The notes under the pieces were generated by a model, which was not told where the DNA came from, did not search any database, and saw only the letters and a program-made list of their open reading frames with translations. Below, one piece after another: positions 34,974-42,778 of a stretch of DNA of 42,778 nucleotides. Numbering within the stretch: position 1 is the first letter of the stretch; each line of letters starts with the position of its first letter. This DNA is from Octopus bimaculoides (taxonomy: Eukaryota), in NCBI RefSeq assembly GCF_001194135.2, contig NC_068983.1, positions 84,749,120-84,791,897 on the forward strand, in the 5' to 3' direction. The translations under genes were made by a program, and so were the position numbers.

Positions 34974-37375
34974 CATACATACATACATGTATCACACATA
35001 CATACACATAAATATACATGCATATATATATATATTTATACACACACATATATACATACATATATTTACATATATATGTACACACAAACATACACATAAA
35101 TATATATACATGTATATGAAGACATGTATGAATGTGTATATATGTATTCATGAACAAACATGCACACATACACATACACACACATATCAATAATGAACGA
35201 ATAAATATTTAGCAATATATTCAAATGTTTACTATTATAAATAACCATAAGAAAACGTGTTGTAAAGATAAATATTTAAAAGTAATATTAGTGAGCGACC
35301 ATTAGAAACTAGATGATATATTTGAATGTTTGAATGACGAAGTATAAGTAGAAAGAAGGAAGAAAGAGAATAAGTAAGTTGATTAAACAAGAATACTAGC
35401 AAGTTGTAAAACATAAAATGCTGTTTCTCTTATATAAACTGAGCAAAATTTATTTAAATCTGGAAAGTCACATTATAGACATGATATATATTCAAACTGA
35501 CATATAAGTTAAGTTAGCATATTGTTGAAGTTTCGAGAAAAGAGACCGCACACGCACACGTACATATGTATGTATGTATGTATGTATGAATGTATGTATG
35601 TATGTATGTATGTATGTATGTATGTATGTATGTATGTATGTACTTATGTAAGTGTATATATGTATGTATGCAGAAAGAGAGAAGGAAAAAGGAGGAGGGG
35701 AGGGAGAGACGATGGTTATAGAAACCAAAATTATTCTTAGAATAGAACAAGAAGTAACAAAATCAAAAAACAGAAAGGTTTGAATGTCTTTAATTCTTGC
35801 ATAGAAGCTAGGTTGCTTTCAGAAAGTTTGTGAAACTGGATGAGATTATTGTACACTTGGTTTCGAAACCCAATCATGTAGATTGCTTAAGAAAGACATA
35901 TTCCTGAAATTATTTTCAATAAAAATGGTCTTATACTGCTTTTATTCTTTTGCACACAAAATCTATAACTAAGACGACAGTAAGATAACTGGTATCCGAA
36001 GTTAATAATTGTACTTACAAGACTAAGGAATAGAAAGAGCGAGAACATACATACATACATACATACATACATACATAAATACATACATACATACATACAT
36101 TCATACATACATGCACACATACACATACATACATACATACATACATACACATACATACATACATACATACATCAAAATTCCTCTTCAAACAATGTCGTAC
36201 TTGTACACCCTGAAGAAATTATAGTAATAATGCATAAATCGTTGCATATACATATGTAACTATATTAAAATTAGTACGATCAAAATACGTGTCGGACAAT
36301 TATTATGAATAAGCTAACTGGACATAAGCATAAAGTTTGAATGTTCAAATTCTTCATTCCCTTTATTATCAATATTATACTTTACACTCTAGGTTGCCAA
36401 CAAATAAACAGTAACTTCGGATGGGAGTTAAAGAAAGTTTACCGTAAATTGCACTGTCTGAAGGAACCATCCTTGGCATTTTACATAGAGAAATTCTGTA
36501 TCTGCTTGGATATTATATCCCTCCTCTTAATATATATATATNNNNNNNNNNNNNNNNNNNNNNNNNNNNNNNNNNNNNNNNNNNNNNNNNNNNNNNNNNN
36601 NNNNNNNNNNNNNNNNNNNNNNNNNNNNNNNNNNNNNNNNNNNNNNNNNNNNNNNNNNNNNNNNNNNNNNNNNNNNNNNNNNNNNNNNNNNNNNNNNNNN
36701 NNNNNNNNNNNNNNNNNNNNNNNNNNNNNNNNNNNNNNNNNNNNNNNNNNNNNNNNNNNNNNNNNNNNNNNNNNNNNNNNNNNNNNNNNNNNNNNNNNNN
36801 NNNNNNNNNNNNNNNNNNNNNNNNNNNNNNNNNNNNNNNNNNNNNNNNNNNNNNNNNNNNNNNNNNNNNNNNNNNNNNNNNNNNNNNNNNNNNNNNNNNN
36901 NNNNNNNNNNNNNNNNNNNNNNNNNNNNNNNNNNNNNNNNNNNNNNNNNNNNNNNNNNNNNNNNNNNNNNNNNNNNNNNNNNNNNNNNNNNNNNNNNNNN
37001 NNNNNNNNNNNNNNNNNNNNNNNNNNNNNNNNNNNNNNNNNNNNNNNNNNNNNNNNNNNNNNNNNNNNNNNNNNNNNNNNNNNNNNNNNNNNNNNNNNNN
37101 NNNNNNNNNNNNNNNNNNNNTAAATCCCAGGTTCTCTGGATTATAAATATTTTATTCAAGGCAATTACAATGAATATTGAGATTAGTCCATCTGCATATT
37201 TTTTATTTGAATTTAAATTGAATATGCTGTAGAATTGACTGTAGAAATAAAAAAATATGCAGTTGTACTTAACTCCATGCTCATTGTGCTTTACTCTCAC
37301 ATACACATTTACACAAACACACAGACACACAGACACGCACACATGTATAATGGAATATAAGTATAAACATGAAAG

Positions 37376-37510
37376 CAGCTGGTATCAAATCGGATTGTGA
37401 CGTTTATATATTTAGATCTCTTGCAACCTAATCTGTAACATTCAATTCTATTCTCATATTGTGTCAGTCTTTAGACATTTAAATGTCATAATCTGACCTG
37501 ATACCAGTTG
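37376..37510. mobile_element. MITE-like fold-back (~135 bp) with imperfect terminal inverted repeats
   Basis: CAGCTGGTATCAAATCGGATTGTGAC vs reverse complement of GTCATAATCTGACCTGATACCAGTTG, 21/26, with weaker pairing further in; no clear TSD. Confidence 0.55.
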
Positions 37511-37694
37511 TTTACCTCTTTAAACTTTTATTCTGTTATACACGTACTTTGCCTATTGTAAATTTTCATTAGGTAGCTATAACATCCATTCTTGTTTTAG
37601 TTGCATTTCAAGTTGGAATTTAGACGCAAGTCAACCTGAGCACTGACTGTACGTACCTATGACCTTACGTCATCAGGCATAATATTGGCTCTAA

Positions 37695-37899
37695 ATGTTG
37701 GCACAAGGCTAACAATTTCGTAGGAAGAGAAATAGTCGATTATATCGACCCAAGTATTCAGCTGGTACTTATTCTATCGACTGAAAGGATGAACGGCAAA
37801 GTCGACCTCGGCAAAATTTGAACTCAGAACGTAGAAACGGACGAAATGCCGCAAAGCATTTTGCCCGGCGTGCTAACGATTCTGTCAGCTCACCGCCTT
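37695..37899 (-). mobile_element. SINE family 1, full length
   Basis: Close match to the reverse complement of 2597-2800, including A/B-box-like motifs. Confidence 0.9.
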
Positions 37900-37909
37900 T
37901 TCATCAAAT

Positions 37910-37941
<32 letters not shown>

Positions 37942-38559
37942 NNNNNNNNNNNNNNNNNNNNNNNNNNNNNNNNNNNNNNNNNNNNNNNNNNNNNNNNNNN
38001 NNNNNNNNNNNNNNNNNNNNNNNNNNNNNNNNNNNNNNNNNNNNNNNNNNNNNNNNNNNNNNNNNNNNNNNNNNNNNNNNNNNNNNNNNNNNNNNNNNNN
38101 NNNNNNNNNNNNNNNNNNNNNNNNNNNNNNNNNNNNNNNNNNNNNNNNNNNNNNNNNNNNNNNNNNNNNNNNNNNNNNNNNNNNNNNNNNNNNNNNNNNN
38201 NNNNNNNNNNNNNNNNNNNNNNNNNNNNNNNNNNNNNNNNNNNNNNNNNNNNNNNNNNNNNNNNNNNNNNNNNNNNNNNNNNNNNNNNNNNNNNNNNNNN
38301 NNNNNNNNNNNNNNNNNNNNNNNNNNNNNNNNNNNNNNNNNNNNNNNNNNNNNNNNNNNNNNNNNNNNNNNNNNNNNNNNNNNNNNNNNNNNNNNNNNNN
38401 NNNNNNNNNNNNNNNNNNNNNNNNNNNNNNNNNNNNNNNNNNNNNNNNNNNNNNNNNNNNNNNNNNNNNNNNNNNNNNNNNNNNNNNNNNNNNNNNNNNN
38501 NNNNNNNNNNNNNNNNNNNNNNNNNNNNNNNNNNNNGTAAAGATATGTAAAACTTTCCA

Positions 38560-38735
38560 AAAATTTAGCACATAAATACATATGCATGCATCTAGACATG
38601 AACATATATACATAAAAACGCATCCATAAAACAAACATACAAATCTGCGCATAAATACATATGCATACGCCTAGACGTGAAAATATATACATAAAAACGC
38701 ATCCATAAAACAAACATACAAATCTGCGCATACAC
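38560..38735. repeat. 79-bp minisatellite, at least 2 copies, probably continuing into the gap
   Basis: CATCCATAAAACAAACATACAAATCTGCGCATA at 38621 and 38700. Confidence 0.85.
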
Positions 38736-38933
38736 CAAATACTGCACACACACACACACACACACATAAGCACAAATACCTAGATGATGTTGATAAAAGT
38801 TCCAACGAAGGAGCCTTGAATCTATGTTAGAGTCCGGCTCTTTCTCTATGGACAAGAAATACAGAAATGAAACTGATTGATAACATACATACATACATAC
38901 ATTGATAGATACATAGATATACATAGCCGTGTG

Positions 38934-39368
38934 TAGGTGGCGTTAAACACTACCTTTCAGTATGAATGCTGCTTTCATCTCTTAAAGAGATTTTCTTGAC
39001 TAGCTAGTTTGCTTGTTGAATGATCAGTGACTGCATGTCACTTATTTTTCTATATATTGCGAGCTGGAGTGAATTACTGGTATGTCTAGTGGACGAGTAT
39101 CCATCACCGAGGATGACCATAAGAAGGTCGAAACCGTACAGTCTGGTGGTCTCGGAGCTAAAATAGGGAATTCTCTCCCCGCTTGCATATCACATTGAGT
39201 GCAGAGTGCACTGCCTAACGAGCTGGAGAAGGTGTTCCCCTAGGGTTGAAATAGAAGTATTGTCAGTTCCTGGGAAACAGCTGTCTTTAGGTGACGTTAA
39301 ACACTACTTGTCAGTATGAACTTTGCTTTCATCCCTTATAGAGTGTGTCTTGAGAAGGTAGTTTGCTT
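38934..39368 (+). mobile_element. Putative non-LTR retrozyme / Penelope-like pLTR remnant: 354-bp unit plus 81-bp repeat, containing a hammerhead
   Basis: Direct repeats 38934-39014 and 39288-39368 (67/81 identical, ungapped) flank a type I hammerhead fold. Confidence 0.6.
39094..39154 (+). ncRNA. Type I hammerhead ribozyme motif (U4C core variant), predicted cleavage after 39143
   Basis: Helix I CCAUCA/UGGUGG plus CGAG/CUCG; core CCGAGGA 39107-39113; U; helix II GACC/GGUC with 7-nt loop; GAAA 39130-39133; minimal helix III AC/GU around CGUACA; GUC triplet. Confidence 0.7.
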
Positions 39369-39376
39369 ATACATAT

Positions 39377-40547
39377 ACTAGAATTGAAAAATGCATACGT
39401 TGAAAAGGGTTGCAAAATGTCATAATAATCCTTAAAAAGTATGGGGCTAGCATTGTTGATCAAAAATATTGGAACCCTTATATGCTGTACATTCTGTGGC
39501 ATCTTAAAACGAAAAGAGACTCATGTGTGAATTACGATGTCTCGATAATTAATAAAACCGAGTTCTTAATATAAAAATTTGAAAATGTACAAAATATGAT
39601 CTTTAACTTCGAATGAGTAAATTCATTATAATACTCTTCATACCAAATAATATAAAAAAGCATATTTCACACTGCATACAAATTACCATGACAATAATAA
39701 AAAAAGAAATGGATTTATGATGAAGTCGAATCTATATAACAGGGAAAGTACAAAACCGAAGTAATTATAAGTAAAGATAATTCGCATTATGATACACATA
39801 ATAATGGAATAGTTATGCGAATTAAAGAAATTATTACTCTTTTACTTGTTTCAGTCATTTGACTGCAGCCATGCTGGAGCACCACCTTTAGTCGAGCAAA
39901 TCGACCCCAGGACTTTGGAAGCCTAGTACTTATTCTATCTGTTTCTTTTGCCGAACCACTAAGTTACGGGGACGTAAACACACCAGCATCGGTTGTCAAG
40001 CGATGTTGAGGGGGGGGACAAACACAGGCACACAAACATATACACACATACATATATATATACATATATACGACGGGATTCTTTCAGTCTCCGTCTACCA
40101 AATCCACTTACAAGGCTTTGGTCGGCCCGAGGCTATAGTAGAAGACACTTGCCCAAGGTGCCACGCAGTGGGACTGAACCCGGAACCATGTGGTTGGTAA
40201 GCAAGCTACTTGCCACACAGCCACTCCTACGCCTATTATTTTTTATTCATTACTTATAAACTTATAAAAATTATCATTCAAATGTTGAATTATTGCATAA
40301 AGGTGACATTAGTATTTGTACACAATTGTTTTGTTAAAATTTAGTGTACGATAATTCAACTGGATTCATTTTTAATATAACTTAATTTCGATGAATTAAA
40401 CCAATTTCTTGTAATAAAAGGACGCCACAGGATGTACAACATATAGTGATTCCAATACTTTTGAGCAACAATGCTAGTCCCATACTTTTTAAGGTTTATT
40501 ATGACATTCTGTAACCCTTTTGAGAGGGCGCATTTTCCAATTCTAGT
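39377..40547. mobile_element. Non-autonomous long-TIR (fold-back) DNA element with nested SINE
   Basis: 127-bp arms 39377-39503 and 40421-40547 are about 85% complementary by manual alignment; AT-rich non-coding interior. Confidence 0.8.
39834..40233 (-). mobile_element. tRNA-derived SINE family 2 (CORE-like segment), full length, inserted in the TIR element
   Basis: Minus strand: GGCGTAGGAGTGGCTGTGTGGCAAG head, GGTTCAGTCCC B-box-like, CCTTGGGCAAGTGTC CORE-like segment, internal microsatellite, tail GACTGAAACAAGTAAAAAGAGTAA. Confidence 0.9.
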
Positions 40548-40950
40548 TCCGAGCTTTTTAAGGCAACGCTTGTAATATTTTATATATGTACCGTATTTCT
40601 CCTAATGGTGTGGCAGCTAATGGGTGTACGTGCGTATGTGTGTGTGAGTGCGCGTGCGTGCTTGTGTTTGTGTGCATGAGTGTGTGTATGTATGTGCGTG
40701 CGTGCTTGTTCTTGTTCTTGTGAGTCTGTGAGTGTGTGTGTGTGCGTACTTGTTCTTGTGTGTGTGTGTGTGTGTGTGTGAGTGTGTGTGTATGTGTGTA
40801 TGCGTGAGCGTGTTCTTGTATCGTCCCATAGATCTTGTTTAATTTAGCTTTAAAATTAATAGAAATCAATGTCATTTATATTTCATTCTTTCGCATTTAC
40901 TTTAGTCAATAGTAAGTGTTAATTTACAAGTCTTCTTTTTCTCCATGCAT

Positions 40951-41103
40951 GTTTCGGCTCTTTAATGCATGTCGCAATATTTCGGCTCTTTGATGCATAT
41001 TGCAATATTTCGGCTCTTTGATGCATGTCGCAATATTTCGGCTCTTTGATGCATGTTGCAATATTTCGGCTCTTTGATGCATATTGCAATATTTCGGCTC
41101 TTT
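40951..41103. repeat. 28-bp minisatellite, about 5.4 copies
   Basis: ATTTCGGCTCTTTGATGCAT(G/A)T(C/T)GCAAT units at 40951, 40979, 41007, 41035, 41063 and a partial copy at 41091. Confidence 0.95.
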
Positions 41104-41314
41104 TGTGGTTAAAAAAGCCCCACATGACTATTATAACTAACACGGATATTCGACGTTGCTCTCGTTTCCTTCTTGGAAATTTATGGATTTTACATACACA
41201 AATGAAGCAGGTAAGAACAAATATGTAAGGATTTTCTCAAGTTTAAAATGCGACATTGCTTTTGTTATATCTACATTCCACACACATAAATTCATAAAAA
41301 CAGAACACGCTCGG

Positions 41315-41356
<42 letters not shown>

Positions 41357-41509
41357 ACACCGATTAGCTCCCTCTTACACTTCGATACGTTAAACAGAAC
41401 AAGCACGCATGAAGACAGCTCCATGCCAAACTATCGCTCATTGGTTGATGATGATTGAAAATTAACTAATAAAACGCGTTTACCACATAAACGGCCACGG
41501 CCCCCTTAG

Positions 41510-41715
41510 ACTTTTATTCGCAAGCTAGGAATATATTGTCAGACACGCAGTAGACTCGACTATAACATTCTGTTGTCGGTCACCGGTGCCTGATAGATAA
41601 AGGCTTTTGTTGACACGGGGCTATAGTAGAATACACTTGCCCAAGGCTCCATGTTATGGGGCAGAACCTGGAAATATGCAGTTAGGAAGCTTCTTATCTC
41701 ACAAGCATGAATCAG
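41510..41715 (-). mobile_element. SINE family 2, degenerate 5' part
   Basis: GGGGCTATAGTAGAATACACTTGCCCAAGG..GAACCTGGAA..AGCTTCTTA matches ~40130-40210. Confidence 0.7.
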
Positions 41716-41999
41716 TATTTACTCAGATTGTTCCGGATTCCTTTAAATATAAACGTACACTAACTTGAATATAAAACAAACAAACAAAAAAACAAACACA
41801 CTTCTTTAAATCACAATATTAATATAGAAGCAGCAGTTTCTTTTGTTCAAATAGGTTCCATCTCTTACACATCTGACCTCTAAAATCTACATTCACCAAA
41901 ATTCAAAAGAAATTCACAAAACATCTTTAAAAAAAATCTAATCATTTTAGAAATAAAATAACATTGAAAGCGTATTTTATTTGCTCTTCTGCATAGCCA

Positions 42000-42016
42000 T
42001 CGCAGTTGTCATCGTT

Positions 42017-42073
<57 letters not shown>

Positions 42074-42140
42074 AGGAATAGTGAATAGAAGAAAAAGAAG
42101 AAGAAAAGCAACAACAACAACAACAACAACGATAACAACA
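42000..42140. repeat. (CAT)n and (CAA)n microsatellites
   Basis: Visible in sequence. Confidence 0.95.
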
Positions 42141-42534
42141 AAATCTGCTCTTACTCGCAAAACATTATTTGGTTGATATCTTCGAGCGATTATTTTACAA
42201 ATATTGTAAATATGTCCGTGTCCATATTAATAATTGCAACGTTCTTTTAAAGGTAACCAACAATTATTTCATGAAAAACATTAACAAAAAAAAAAAAAAA
42301 AAAAAAAAAAATTTATGTGTTTTTAAAATATTTCTAATCTAACCAAAATTGTTGAACGTAAATTTCCAAGAAACAAATACAGCCGTATAGAATTAAGATA
42401 ATATCTTTAATGTAAATAGTATCAAACTAGAAATTGTTTCCATTTTTTCATTGTTGTTCATTATTGTTTTAAAGTTTAGAATCCCTATGCCACGTAGGCA
42501 TTGATTATTTCAGAATTATTTCACGTACATGCAG

Positions 42535-42717
42535 GTATGTATGTATGTATGTATGTATGTACGTATGTATGTATGCATGCATGTATGCGTGTATGTATGA
42601 ATGTACGTAGGAATGAATGTATGTATGACAGTATGTAAGCATGTATGTATGAATGTGTTTGCATGTATGCATGTGCACATGTATATTGTATATATATATA
42701 TATGTATGTATGTGTTT

Positions 42718-42752
<35 letters not shown>

Positions 42753-42778
42753 TGTATATATATATATATATATATATA
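42535..42778. repeat. (TATG)n/(CA)n/(TA)n compound microsatellite
   Basis: Visible in sequence. Confidence 0.95.

Noticed and set aside
36200-36300. CUGAAGA ... AAAAUACGUGUC, possible decayed hammerhead
   Set aside because: G12 is missing, helix II does not close next to the GAAA position and helix I needs a bulge; too degenerate to support.
36341-36540. Open frame after a CTCTAG acceptor (GCQQINSNFGWELKKVYRKL..)
   Set aside because: No convincing donor, no recognisable homology, and the frame runs into (TA)n and a gap.
37635-37680. Minus-strand CUGAUGA followed by hairpin CGUA/UACG and GUC
   Set aside because: No GAAA segment and helix I does not pair; not a hammerhead.
40951-41103. CRISPR-like array
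   Set aside because: Units are directly adjacent with no unique spacers, no cas genes, eukaryotic context.
7078-42778. Long ORFs rich in X, YI, CV, HT or MYVC
   Set aside because: Read-through of N gaps and di-/tetranucleotide microsatellites; not coding evidence.

Overview
Repeat-dense, AT-rich eukaryotic (animal) DNA from a gapped short-read scaffold. The SINE families and heavy (TA)n/(CA)n/(TATG)n/(ATT)n microsatellite load look like an octopus (coleoid cephalopod) genome; this is inference from family resemblance, no search was run. I recognise no intact host protein-coding gene, and most listed ORFs are microsatellite or N-gap read-throughs. The window contains: (i) several decayed non-LTR retrotransposons of the RLE-bearing R4/Dong clade, two of which have the N-terminal region joined directly to the post-RT region with the RT missing; (ii) two copies of an L1/Tx1-clade LINE, one near full length; (iii) many tRNA-derived SINEs of about three families; (iv) fold-back/TIR elements and minisatellites. 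The most interesting signal is a type I hammerhead-ribozyme fold (39094-39154) inside a 354-bp-period direct-repeat unit, the architecture of a non-LTR retrozyme or Penelope-like pseudo-LTR; a second, damaged hammerhead core lies at 8631-8662. Other leads: a near-perfect 45-bp inverted repeat (33331/33560), a ~15% GC non-repetitive island (7439-8127), a promoter-like motif cluster (15420-16100) and one well-formed candidate exon (12917-12994). All alignments, identities and boundaries were judged by eye; element ends are approximate.
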